NCBI GenBank assembly: GCA_030059665.1
Contig: JANVYR010000001.1
Coordinates: 224,001 to 288,000 of the forward strand
DNA: 64,000 nt
Direction of reading: 5' to 3'
Origin: Candidatus Calditenuis fumarioli
Lineage (GTDB): Archaea; Thermoproteota; Nitrososphaeria_A; Caldarchaeales; Calditenuaceae
Numbering within the stretch: position 1 is the first letter of the stretch; every line of letters starts with the position of its first letter. The translations under genes were made by a program, and so were the position numbers. The notes beneath the pieces were generated by a model. That model did no database searches, was not told the origin of the DNA, and saw only the letters and a list, made by a program, of their open reading frames with translations. Positions 1 through 9,735 of this stretch are shown one piece after another.

Positions 1-502
1 CCTCCACGGTACCGCACGTCACCTCCCTCACCAGGTCGGTCTCGTAACGCCAGGCCGACAGCCTCTCCAGCAGCCCGTTCACGTCGACGGATGAGACGTC
101 GCCGTGGACGAGGACCGCAGGAACCGTCCCATGCTCCCTGATCCTCACCGTCAGCGCCCGCGTATCGACGCCCTCCATCCCCACGACTCCGTGCTCCCGC
201 AGGAACTCGTCGAGCGTCCCTCTGCTCTTCGCGTTCGAAGGGTAGCCGCACGCGCTCCTGACCACCACGCCCTCAGCCCAGATCCTGCTCGACTCGAGCC
301 CGCAGGTCCACGCTCCGTAGTTGCCTATGTGAGTGTACGTGAACAGGACGATCTGGCCGTTGTAGGAAGGGTCCGTCAGGGTCTCCTCATAACCTGAGAA
401 GGAGGTGGTGAAGACCAGTTCTCCGAAGGCTTCCCCCTCGGCTCCGAATCCCCTTCCCTTCACCACGGTCCCGTCGCCGAGGACCAGCAGCGCCTCGGAC
501 AT
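1..502 (-). CDS. carA: Carbamoyl-phosphate synthase small subunit, N-terminal part (runs off window start)
   Basis: Hand translation from ATG at 502: MSEALLVLGDGTVVKGRGFGAEGEAFGELVFTTSFSGYEETLTDPSYNGQIVLFTYTHIGNYG, the CarA N-terminal signature. Not in the ORF track because it is truncated. Confidence 0.93.
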   Translation of the reverse strand, partial: MSEALLVLGDGTVVKGRGFGAEGEAFGELVFTTSFSGYEETLTDPSYNGQIVLFTYTHIGNYGAWTCGLESSRIWAEGVVVRSACGYPSNAKSRGTLDEFLREHGVVGMEGVDTRALTVRIREHGTVPAVLVHGDVSSVDVNGLLERLSAWRYETDLVREVTCGTVE

Positions 503-594
503 CAGAACGTGCAGCGGAACCCACTAAATGTGGTTTGTGGTGCCGCAACCTGTTCCGTTGAAATAGTGATGACTCGATGAGGGCAAAGGCCCTC

Positions 595-1137
595 TCAGGA
601 GCTCGAGACCGTGGCCCTCAGCTGCTGGACCGTCCTCTCCAGCCCATCGAGCAGTTCCAAAACCTGGGACCGGATCGCCCTGAGCCGCTCGACCTCGGCG
701 GAGAGGGCGCTCACCTTGGCCTCGAGTTCCTGAACTTTGTTCCGGAGCTCCTCCACTTCCCGGCTCTGCTGCTCCTCCGTCAGCGTCTGCTGAAGGCTCC
801 TGAACAGCTCAGGCACCTCGATCTTGACGCCCTCTTTCAAGAAGCGCTCGTAGGTCTCCCTGACCAGCTTCCCGGCCTTCGTCCTGCCCGACAGGTGGGC
901 CCTTATTGTGGCCTCGGTCCTGCCCAGTTCCTCCGCGATCTGGGTGACGGGCATCTTCGCCCTCTCCCTGGCCAACGCGGCCGCCGCAACCGCGAGGCTG
1001 TCCACCCATGTTAGGCGCCCTTCGGGGTTCCTGAGCTCCTCGATTGCCTCCCGGCTGAAGAGCGACGCTATCAGCAGCGCGGCCTCGAGCCTGTGGATCT
1101 CCTCCCTTCCGACCGGCGAGAGCGGCACCTCAGCCAT
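595..1137 (-). CDS. COG1318-type HTH transcriptional regulator with C-terminal coiled coil
   Basis: [20 protein letters not shown] helix-turn-helix followed by a heptad-rich tail. ATG 1137 is preceded by GGAGGTGA and overlaps the KaiC gene stop. Confidence 0.75.
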   Translation of the reverse strand: MAEVPLSPVGREEIHRLEAALLIASLFSREAIEELRNPEGRLTWVDSLAVAAAALARERAKMPVTQIAEELGRTEATIRAHLSGRTKAGKLVRETYERFLKEGVKIEVPELFRSLQQTLTEEQQSREVEELRNKVQELEAKVSALSAEVERLRAIRSQVLELLDGLERTVQQLRATVSSS

Positions 1138-1909
1138 CGCCCTCACCTCCAGCTCCGACCTCCTCGAGCGCGACCCTCCTCGGCGCCGTGAACCTTTTCG
1201 AGCTGTGGACTACGATGCCCTGGTCCGTGATCTCGAGCGGGTGCCTAGACATCGAATGCGCAGTCCCCCTCATCTTCCAGACGATTATGCTCCTCCGCAG
1301 CTCGCCGTCTATCTCGTCCAGGTCGAGCCTCACTATTCCGTCGGCGGCGTGCTCCACGCCCGGCCCTCCGAACCCCCTCTCCGTCACGCTCACCTGGGAG
1401 ATCAGTATCGATGTCACGCCCATGCCGGAGAGGACCTTCTTCAGCTGGAGGACGATCCCCCTCGCAGCGGCCGGCTTCGTGATGTACAGCGTGGTCACCG
1501 AGTCGATGACGCACCTGACCGCTCTGGTCTCACGAAGCGCCTCCCTCAGGACGTCGATGAGGGCCATGTAGTCGTCGGGGGCCCTGACGACGTACCTCTC
1601 CCTCTTGGCGGCCTCGCCGATGCCTGCGGTGAAGGCGTCGACTATCGCGAAGGTCCCATCGCGCTCAAACTCGCTCACGTCCCAACCGAACTGGGACATG
1701 GAGACCCTGACCTGAACAGGATGCTCCTCGAGCGCCACCAGAACCCCAGGCTCGCCCCTCTTGAGTCCGTTGTACAGGAACTGGTAGCCGAAGATGGACT
1801 TGCCGGTACCTGGTCCTCCGCTCAGCAGAACGACGTTCCGTTTCGGTATGCCGCCGTTCACGATCTCATCGAATCCCTGAATGTACGTCTTCACGCGCTC
1901 GATCGCCAT
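1130..1909 (-). CDS. KaiC-like RecA-superfamily ATPase (single domain)
   Basis: Walker [19 protein letters not shown] and the KMRGT motif typical of archaeal KaiC-domain proteins. Confidence 0.9.
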   Translation of the reverse strand: MAIERVKTYIQGFDEIVNGGIPKRNVVLLSGGPGTGKSIFGYQFLYNGLKRGEPGVLVALEEHPVQVRVSMSQFGWDVSEFERDGTFAIVDAFTAGIGEAAKRERYVVRAPDDYMALIDVLREALRETRAVRCVIDSVTTLYITKPAAARGIVLQLKKVLSGMGVTSILISQVSVTERGFGGPGVEHAADGIVRLDLDEIDGELRRSIIVWKMRGTAHSMSRHPLEITDQGIVVHSSKRFTAPRRVALEEVGAGGEGDG

Positions 1910-1991
1910 CTCCCTCACCCACTGAGGTATTATGTTTTCCCGGGATTTTTATTTTTCATGGACGACAAAGGTAACGTGTGACCGAGAGAGG

Positions 1992-2810
1992 CTAAGCTCT
2001 TTCACGACCCTTCCTCGACAGAATTTCGACCCACGGGTTGTCCTTGAGGAAGCTGGGAAGCTCCGACCGCTCAATCTCGCTTGCCGGTTCAGGCCCCCGT
2101 CTCTCCTCTGGTCGAGCAGCAACTGCGGTCTCCTGCCTCTGCGACGCGATGGACGCCAGCTGTCGGGCCAGCGACTCGACCCTCGCCCTCAGCGCATCGA
2201 CCTCCGCGACGAGCCTCCTCAACCCCTCGAGCGCCGCCACCCTCGCCTCCAGCTCCTGAAGCCTGCGCAGGACCTCTGTGATCTCCGCAGAAACCTCTGC
2301 TGGCGCCCTCTCGCGGACGAGGGTCTCAGAGGATACTCGCGCCTCAAGGTTCTCGACCTTCCTGAGAAGCTCCTCGAGCATCCCCAACATTCTCGTCAAG
2401 ACCTCAGTTCCGACGTCGCGCTGAGTCCCACCGCGCTCCTCCTGACGAGCCTCCGGCTCCCGCTCAGTCAGCTCCACCTCCCGGGTCCTCGGCGGCACCA
2501 CCTCCTCGACCTCTGTGCCCGTGTACCTCAGCAGCCCGAGGCCGTGGAACCTGAAGACGTGCACCCCAACGCGTTCGATCAAAATGGATGGGGCCGCGAC
2601 GTACGCCAGCATCCCCCTCGAAGAGTCGTGGTACGCCTCGAGTGCCGCGGAGAGCAGATCGGATACCGACGCGTCGTCTTCTACGATCCTGACCGTTCCG
2701 GTTGCCCTATCGGACCTGAACGTGATCGTCGATTCGCCGATCTCCACCTCGTATCCCTCTGACTCGAGGTGCCTCGCGATCCGCTGGATCAGCGCCCTCC
2801 TCGTCCTCAA
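1992..2810 (-). CDS. Hypothetical protein: globular N-domain, coiled coil and C-terminal LPSFLKDNPW motif
   Basis: 272-aa ORF with host-like composition, co-oriented upstream of the KaiC gene; heptad repeats in the C-terminal half. Confidence 0.6.
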   Translation of the reverse strand: MRTRRALIQRIARHLESEGYEVEIGESTITFRSDRATGTVRIVEDDASVSDLLSAALEAYHDSSRGMLAYVAAPSILIERVGVHVFRFHGLGLLRYTGTEVEEVVPPRTREVELTEREPEARQEERGGTQRDVGTEVLTRMLGMLEELLRKVENLEARVSSETLVRERAPAEVSAEITEVLRRLQELEARVAALEGLRRLVAEVDALRARVESLARQLASIASQRQETAVAARPEERRGPEPASEIERSELPSFLKDNPWVEILSRKGRERA

Positions 2811-2859
2811 CCGCTGGCGCTTAAAGTCCCTCCCGGGCCTCTATCAGCCTTTTGCGGGA

Positions 2860-3636
2860 TCAGGCAGAGTGGGAGAGGAAGTCCATTCTACCTCCGTCGA
2901 CGGTTATGACCTGACCCGTGATGAACGACGCCCTATCTGACGCCAGGAAGACCACGACGTCAGCCACCTCCTCCGGCCTGCCGATCCGCCTCAAGACCGT
3001 CCTCGACTCTGCCCACCTGATGTTCTCCTCCGCCTCCTTTGCCGGCCTCCCCAGTATCATGTCGGTGGCGATAACGCCCGGTGCCACGGCGTTCACGGTT
3101 ATCCCGTACTCGCCGAGCTCCAGCGCGAGCCTCTTGGTCAGCACCACGATCGCCGCCTTGGTCATCGCGTAGTACGTCGTGTTCCTGGCCGAGGTCCCGA
3201 GGCCCGCTATCGAGGTGACGTTCACGATCCTTCCGTACCTGTTCGCGATCATCGAGGGAACGACCGCAGCAGTGCAGTTGACCACGCCCTTGACGTTGAC
3301 CGCGTACAGCGCGTCCAGTATGGCGACGTCGTCCAGAACTCCTCCGCGCATGAAGACGCCGGCGTTGTTCACCAGTATGTCGATCCGCCCGAACCTGTCC
3401 AGCGCATCTGAGACCATCCGGTCCACCTCCTCCCTAATCGAGACGTCGGCCTTAGCCAGCATCACCTCCCTCCCCAGCTCCTTGATCTCCCTCGCGGTCA
3501 CGGCGGCCTCCTCATCGCGTGCGAGGTAGTTGCAGACGACATCGCACCCCTCCCTCGCGAGTCCGATCGCTATCGCCCTCCCTATGCCGCGCGAGGCACC
3601 GGTGACGAGCGCCACCTTGCCGAGCAGGTCTCCCAC
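2860..3636 (-). CDS. SDR family oxidoreductase (FabG-like)
   Basis: [12 protein letters not shown] and YxxxK (YAMTK) motifs. Confidence 0.92.
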   Translation of the reverse strand: MGDLLGKVALVTGASRGIGRAIAIGLAREGCDVVCNYLARDEEAAVTAREIKELGREVMLAKADVSIREEVDRMVSDALDRFGRIDILVNNAGVFMRGGVLDDVAILDALYAVNVKGVVNCTAAVVPSMIANRYGRIVNVTSIAGLGTSARNTTYYAMTKAAIVVLTKRLALELGEYGITVNAVAPGVIATDMILGRPAKEAEENIRWAESRTVLRRIGRPEEVADVVVFLASDRASFITGQVITVDGGRMDFLSHSA

Positions 3637-3744
3637 GGGTTGTGATCGGTACAGCCCGGAGATATCCCTGAGGGCAAACCTGTAGTGGAGACCTCACAAA
3701 GTGAGGTTTTTATCAATTGCCTGCGAAATTACTGCGATCGGGCA

Positions 3745-6402
3745 ATGGGACGCTACGTTTACCTGTTCGAGGAGGCGGTGGGCCTGACGAGGTTCGAGCT
3801 CGGCGGGAAGGGTTACGGCCTCGTGGAGATGACCTCTGTGGGCCTCCCGGTACCTCCGGGGATGGTGATAGTCACCGAGGCTTGCCGTGAGTACTACAGG
3901 AACGGCGGCAGGGTACCCCAGCAGGTCCTCGAGGAGGTCAGGCAGAAGCTCGAGCAGCTCAGCGCGAAGGTTGGTAGGCGTCTCGGAGACCCGGAGAGGC
4001 CGCTGATAGTCTCGGTCAGGTCAGGCGCCCCCTACTCGATGCCCGGCATGATGGACACCATCCTCAACGTGGGGCTGAACGACCGGGTGGTGGAGGCCCT
4101 CGCGGAGAGGACGGGCAACAGGAGGTTCGCATACGACGCCTACCGAAGGCTCCTCCAGATGTTCGGTCGCATCGTGATGGGCGTACCAGGTGAGAAGTTC
4201 GAGGAGGTGCTGAAGCGCTACAAGGAGAGGGAGGGCGTGAAGTACGACCACGAGCTCTCGGTCGATGCCCTCAGGTCCATCGTTGAGGAGTTCAAGCGCA
4301 TCATAAAGGAGCACACGGGTAAGGAGTTCCCGCAGGACCCATGGAAGCAGATCGAGATGGCAATAGAGGCGGTCTTCAGGTCCTGGAACAACCCGAGGGC
4401 CATCGAGTACAGGAGGTACTACAAGATCAGCGACGACCTGGGAACCGCGGTCAACATCCAGCTGATGGTCTTCGGTAACACTGGCCCCAACTCGGGCACC
4501 GGGGTCGGGTTTACGAGGGACCCGTCGACCGGGGAGAAGCGCCTCTACGGCGAGTACCTCCCCAACGCGCAGGGCGAGGACGTGGTCGCCGGCATCAGGA
4601 CGCCTCTCCCGATCGAGAAGGTCGACCCGGAGATCTACAGGCAGCTGAAGGAGACGGCCGAGAAGCTCGAGCGCCACTTCAGGGACATGCAGGACTTCGA
4701 GTTCACCGTCGAGGACGGCAAGCTGTACCTGCTTCAGACGAGGAACGGGAAGAGGACCGCACAGGCCGCCGTGAAGATCGCGGTCGACATGGTCAGGGAG
4801 GGGCTGATCACCGTCGAGGAGGCCCTGATGAGGGTCTCGCCATCTGACCTGAACCAGCTGCTCCACAGGCGCCTCGACCCGCGCGCCAAGGTGAACCCGA
4901 TCGCGAAGGGCCTTAACGCCTCCCCGGGCGTCGCCACCGGAAAAGTCGTCTTCCGCGTCGAGGAGGCCGTAGAGCTGGGCAAAGCAGGCGAGAAGGTGAT
5001 ACTCGTGAGACCTGAGACGACCCCTGACGACATCAAGGGGATCATCGCGGCCCAGGGGGTCCTCACCAGCAGGGGTGGGATGACCAGCCACGCGGCCGTC
5101 GTCACGAGGGGCATGGGGAAGCCGGCCGTCGTCGGTTGCGAGGAGATAACGATAGACCTCGAGAAGGAGCAGTTCGTAACGGCATCGGGCGTCGTGGTCA
5201 GGAAGGGCGACGTGATCACGATAGACGGCTCAACGGGTTACGTCATGCTCGGAGAGGTTCCAACGATCGAGCCCGAGATGACGGAGGAGCTGAAGACGCT
5301 CCTGAAGTGGGCCGATGAACGGAGGAGGCTCGGTGTAAGGGCCAACGCCGACACGCCGGAGGCCGCGAGGAAGGCCAGGGAGTTCGGAGCGGAGGGCATT
5401 GGGCTCTGCAGGACCGAGAGGATGTTCAACGCTCCCGACCGTCTGCCGATAGTGAGGGAGATGATCATGGCAGCCACCGAGGAGGAGAGGAGGGCCGCGC
5501 TGGAGAAGCTGTACCCGATGCAGCTGCAGGACTTCAAGGAGATCTTCAGGGCGATGAAAGGCCTGCCGGTCACCGTGAGGCTCCTGGACCTGCCGCTGCA
5601 CGAGTTCCTGCCGCCCGCGGAGGAGCTGATCAAGGAGATCTACGAGATGAGGCTCAGGGGCGCCAGCGAGCGTGAGATCGAGGAGAAGCTGAGGGTCCTC
5701 AGAAAGGTGGAGGCGCTGAGGGAGCACAACCCGATGATAGGGCACAGGGGCTGCAGGCTCGCGATAACGAACCCCGAAATCTACCGGATGCAGGTCAGGG
5801 CCATCCTGAGGGCTGCGATAGAGGTGCTCCGCGAGGACGGTGAGACGGCGGAGGTCCAGATAATGGTGCCGCAGACGGCCTTCGCTAAGGAGCTGGAGAT
5901 CATCAGGAAGCTTGTCGAGGAGACGGCCGAGGAGGTCTTCGCCGAGACCGGGACGAGGATCCCGTTCAAGTTCGGGACCATGATCGAGACGCCGAGGGCA
6001 GCACTTACCGCAGCCGAGATCGCGAAGGTAGCCGACTTCTTCTCCTTCGGCACCAACGACCTGACCCAGACGACCCTCGCCTTCAGCCGCGACGACGCGG
6101 AGTTCAAGTTCCTCCAGCCCTACCTCGAGAAGGGCATACTGAAGGAGAACCCGTTCGAGGTGCTCGACAGGGAGGGAGTTGGCAGGCTGGTCAGGATGGC
6201 CACCCAGGAGGGCAAGGCCGCCAACCCGAGGCTGGAGGTGGGAATCTGCGGAGAGCACGGCGGCGAGCCTAACAGCATCGCGTTCTTCCACGAGGCGGGC
6301 CTCGACTACGTCAGCTGCTCACCGTACAGGATCCCGATAGCGAGGCTCGCGGCCGCCCAGGCTGCGATTAGGGAGAAAGTGGAGGTCAGCGTGACGGTCT
6401 GA
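3745..6402 (+). CDS. ppdK: Pyruvate, phosphate dikinase
   Basis: LGGKG, VSVRSGA..SMPGMMDT, GGMTSHAAVV phospho-His motif, GLCRTE and GICGEHGG. Likely start is ATG 3745. Confidence 0.95.
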   Translation: MGRYVYLFEEAVGLTRFELGGKGYGLVEMTSVGLPVPPGMVIVTEACREYYRNGGRVPQQVLEEVRQKLEQLSAKVGRRLGDPERPLIVSVRSGAPYSMPGMMDTILNVGLNDRVVEALAERTGNRRFAYDAYRRLLQMFGRIVMGVPGEKFEEVLKRYKEREGVKYDHELSVDALRSIVEEFKRIIKEHTGKEFPQDPWKQIEMAIEAVFRSWNNPRAIEYRRYYKISDDLGTAVNIQLMVFGNTGPNSGTGVGFTRDPSTGEKRLYGEYLPNAQGEDVVAGIRTPLPIEKVDPEIYRQLKETAEKLERHFRDMQDFEFTVEDGKLYLLQTRNGKRTAQAAVKIAVDMVREGLITVEEALMRVSPSDLNQLLHRRLDPRAKVNPIAKGLNASPGVATGKVVFRVEEAVELGKAGEKVILVRPETTPDDIKGIIAAQGVLTSRGGMTSHAAVVTRGMGKPAVVGCEEITIDLEKEQFVTASGVVVRKGDVITIDGSTGYVMLGEVPTIEPEMTEELKTLLKWADERRRLGVRANADTPEAARKAREFGAEGIGLCRTERMFNAPDRLPIVREMIMAATEEERRAALEKLYPMQLQDFKEIFRAMKGLPVTVRLLDLPLHEFLPPAEELIKEIYEMRLRGASEREIEEKLRVLRKVEALREHNPMIGHRGCRLAITNPEIYRMQVRAILRAAIEVLREDGETAEVQIMVPQTAFAKELEIIRKLVEETAEEVFAETGTRIPFKFGTMIETPRAALTAAEIAKVADFFSFGTNDLTQTTLAFSRDDAEFKFLQPYLEKGILKENPFEVLDREGVGRLVRMATQEGKAANPRLEVGICGEHGGEPNSIAFFHEAGLDYVSCSPYRIPIARLAAAQAAIREKVEVSVTV

Positions 6403-6462
6403 GCTATCAGAAGTCTTCCACATCGTTGAACTCCAAAAACTTGGAACTACTGAGGGCGAGGG

Positions 6463-7485
<1,023 letters not shown>

Positions 7486-7618
7486 TTATTGAACCCACCC
7501 AGCACCGTGTCGTCCCAGATAAATCGGCTTCTCCGAGGGTGTGCCGGCTCTTAAGGCCCTGACCGTCAGCGGTACCGGTTAGGACGAGGAGATCCCTGCG
7601 TAACCCGGGGAGATTACC

Positions 7619-7825
7619 TCACCCATCCTGCTGCCGCGGTCCTGCATCAACAATATTCCTCGTGACCTCCCGAGCAACACCCAGGTCTTCGACATACGTC
7701 ACCACCCTGCTGTGCTTGACGGCGAAGTTGAACCTGCCCTCCAGCGCCTCCCTCAGGTTCCTGATCAGGACCCGCTCGTACCTCGACCTCTTGGAAGCCC
7801 AATCTAGGCTCGCGTTCGGTGCCAT
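7619..7825 (-). pseudogene. Possible remnant of a ThiI/THUMP N-terminus
   Basis: KRSRYERVLIRNLREAL...VKHSRVVTYV resembles the ThiI N-terminal segment by eye. The ORF is only 68 aa and sits at the island edge. Confidence 0.25.
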
Positions 7826-7894
7826 GAGAGAGTGACTTAATAGCAGTTAACGTAGGGAATCAGGTCGGAGAGAATGCGATGAGGTTGGTGCGAC

Positions 7895-7919
7895 AAAGAA
7901 AAGGGAAAAAGGGGAGGGG
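7895..7919 (-). terminator. Oligo-pyrimidine tract, candidate archaeal terminator for minus-strand transcript
   Basis: 25 uninterrupted purines on +, reading CCCCTCCCCTTTTTCCCTTTTCTTT on the minus strand. Confidence 0.35.
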
Positions 7920-7947
7920 TTGATCTCTTCTGCTATTTCTCTGTTCT

Positions 7948-8239
7948 CTGCGTAGTGCCTTGTGGCTTAATTCATCGGCTATTTCCGCTCTCTAGGCATT
8001 GCAGACGCGATTTTTAGGTGCAGTTCTCCGGTTGAAGAAGGGAGCTTTTACATGAACTTTTGGGAAGGTTTAAGAAGTGATTTGTCATGCGACGTAAGTC
8101 GTCATACCAGCTTTTATACTTTTCAGCAAAGCTTATATGAAATTTGGAGAAAGCGCAAATGACACCGTCAAAGTTTCCGGGAATTGAGGGTTCCAGAGGC
8201 GAAAGAGTTCGGAGAATTAAGCCACAAAGCACTGCGTAG
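7948..8239. repeat. 26-bp imperfect inverted repeat (7948-7973 / 8214-8239) enclosing an AT-rich segment
   Basis: Reverse complement of 7948-7973 is GAATTAAGCCACAAGGCACTACGCAG; 8214-8239 is GAATTAAGCCACAAAGCACTGCGTAG (23/26 identical). Confidence 0.85.
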
Positions 8240-8268
8240 TTATCCTCATCCTCGGTCGTTTGGGGCCC

Positions 8269-8387
8269 GGGCCGGTGCTATATAGCTCTAAGTACGCCTC
8301 ACCGCCTCACGGCGGGGGCGACTAATAACGTCGAAGCGCCCGTGCCCGGGTCTCCCCCGCCGAGGCGCTCGGTCCTATGTACGGCCC
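8269..8387 (-). ncRNA. Candidate structured RNA immediately downstream of the IS110-like gene
   Basis: Stem 8303-8318/8354-8367 (CGCCTC-ac-GGCGGGGG with CCCCCGCC-GAGGCG) closes two hairpins, 8319-8333 and 8339-8350. A possible outer helix pairs GGGCCG 8269-74 with CGGCCC 8382-87. Expression is not shown. Confidence 0.4.
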
Positions 8388-9650
8388 TAGGCCCATTTTC
8401 TCTTCCATTTATAGATCACCTCTACTGTTGTCTTCTGTTCCTCGACGAACGCTCTCTTCTCATCGGTGATTAAGTATCTCGGGTTAACCCCTAGCCTCCT
8501 TGCAGTCAACTGAACCAAGGAGTGCTTGGCAGCACCGTCATATATCAGACCTTCTCGATCCTTCTCGGGAACGAGTCCGAATTTCCTGTAGTTCTCGGTC
8601 AAGCTCCTGGTCTCATCAATCTCCATGAACACGTCGCAGGCGAACGCCTGTGTGACAACGTCTCCGTCATCGATGCCCAGATCCTTGAACATTTCGCAGA
8701 TCTTAGGATAGCAACTCTTGATGGTCTGAATGAAGTTCGTTGCCTCCATCATCAGATAGTCCTCAACCATCTCGATCCTCAACGACCTTTCGTCTTCTGA
8801 TACCGGCAGAGCATCGAGCTGTTGGAGCAGTCCCTGACGACTCCTTCTGGCATACCGATATAACAGCATGCTTACCCAACACCTCAGATGTTCCTTCGTC
8901 AATCTCCGCTGATACTTCGGCTTAACGTATCTCAGCAGAACCGCATCGTAGACGTCGTTCTTTATCTCCGTCTTGAACCCTTTTAGGACCTGTGGGTGGT
9001 GTCTTTCTAACCACTCCACGAGACCCTTTGGCTTCCCTTCGTGTTTTTTCCGCCAGCCGTGGAGGGCCGACGGTCTGGTCAGTACCCAGACCTCGACCCC
9101 GCTCTCGACGAGTTGCTTCAGAATCCCCACATTGCTCGGCCACAAAGCATCAACCAGAACCCTCTTGACGTCGTTGTCTTTTAGGAACTTCGGGAGCTCT
9201 CCGTTCTCGACTTGAGATATCAGCTCTTTCTCCGCTATGAAAACCATCGCCGGCCTCTTCTGATGGAAATCAACACATGCTCCGTCAAACCTCGGAAGCT
9301 CTGATATCTGCTCGAGTCTCCTGAACAGCTCAAGGGCTTTCTCCTTCAGCTTCCAATCGAGATGTTCTTGGTTTGCTTCTCCGATCATTCCTATCATCTC
9401 ATATCGCAATGCAGGTTCATAAGGAATGTGAGTTAGTGTCCAAGCTCCTGAAGGAGGTTTTGGTTCAGGAAGGGGAGACGCAGGCGATACCTGTCCTTGA
9501 GCAGTTGATGAAGTAGAGAGGTATAAGGGGTATGGCTTATCATAAGCAGTTCACTCTTGTGTCTTTGAATTCCAAAGCCGAGAGGATGGGAGAGGGAAGT
9601 AAGGGCCCTCTGGGAGGGGGAACTTTACGAGCTTCACGCTTATAGCTCTA
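8281..9650 (-). mobile_element. Candidate IS110-like element bounded by TATAGCTCTA direct repeats
   Basis: Identical 10-mer at 8281-8290 and 9641-9650 brackets the DEDD gene (1360-bp spacing). The region is visibly lower in GC than its flanks. Confidence 0.45.
8387..9409 (-). CDS. IS110-family-like DEDD (RuvC-fold) recombinase/nuclease, divergent
   Basis: Acidic tetrad D47 (ACVDF), D87 (VLVDA) and D152/D155 (KNDVYDA, the IS110 KxDxxDA motif), then a helical linker and a GLVP segment lacking the PxxxxSG serine. Confidence 0.65.
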   Translation of the reverse strand: MRYEMIGMIGEANQEHLDWKLKEKALELFRRLEQISELPRFDGACVDFHQKRPAMVFIAEKELISQVENGELPKFLKDNDVKRVLVDALWPSNVGILKQLVESGVEVWVLTRPSALHGWRKKHEGKPKGLVEWLERHHPQVLKGFKTEIKNDVYDAVLLRYVKPKYQRRLTKEHLRCWVSMLLYRYARRSRQGLLQQLDALPVSEDERSLRIEMVEDYLMMEATNFIQTIKSCYPKICEMFKDLGIDDGDVVTQAFACDVFMEIDETRSLTENYRKFGLVPEKDREGLIYDGAAKHSLVQLTARRLGVNPRYLITDEKRAFVEEQKTTVEVIYKWKRKWA

Positions 9651-9735
9651 TGCTGTCAGAACGGTTTCGGGAACCCTGCCCACTACCGTCGTGAGACGGC
9701 TCACCTTTTTTGAGCACGCAGGAACCGCCTTAACC

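Noticed and set aside
4021-6291. Long antisense ORFs (4021-5091, 5230-6291), and similar ones at 18089-19306, 23815-26091 and 38063-39433
   Set aside because: Shadow frames opposite well-supported genes, expected in high-GC coding DNA; no motifs.
9408-9516. 35-aa plus-strand ORF MQVHKECELVSKLL... divergent from the DEDD gene
   Set aside because: Too short, no recognisable motif or clear translation signal; cannot be supported.
7850-9690. TIGR or CRISPR array beside the DEDD gene
   Set aside because: No periodic repeats of about 36 nt or repeat-spacer units were found on either flank by eye.
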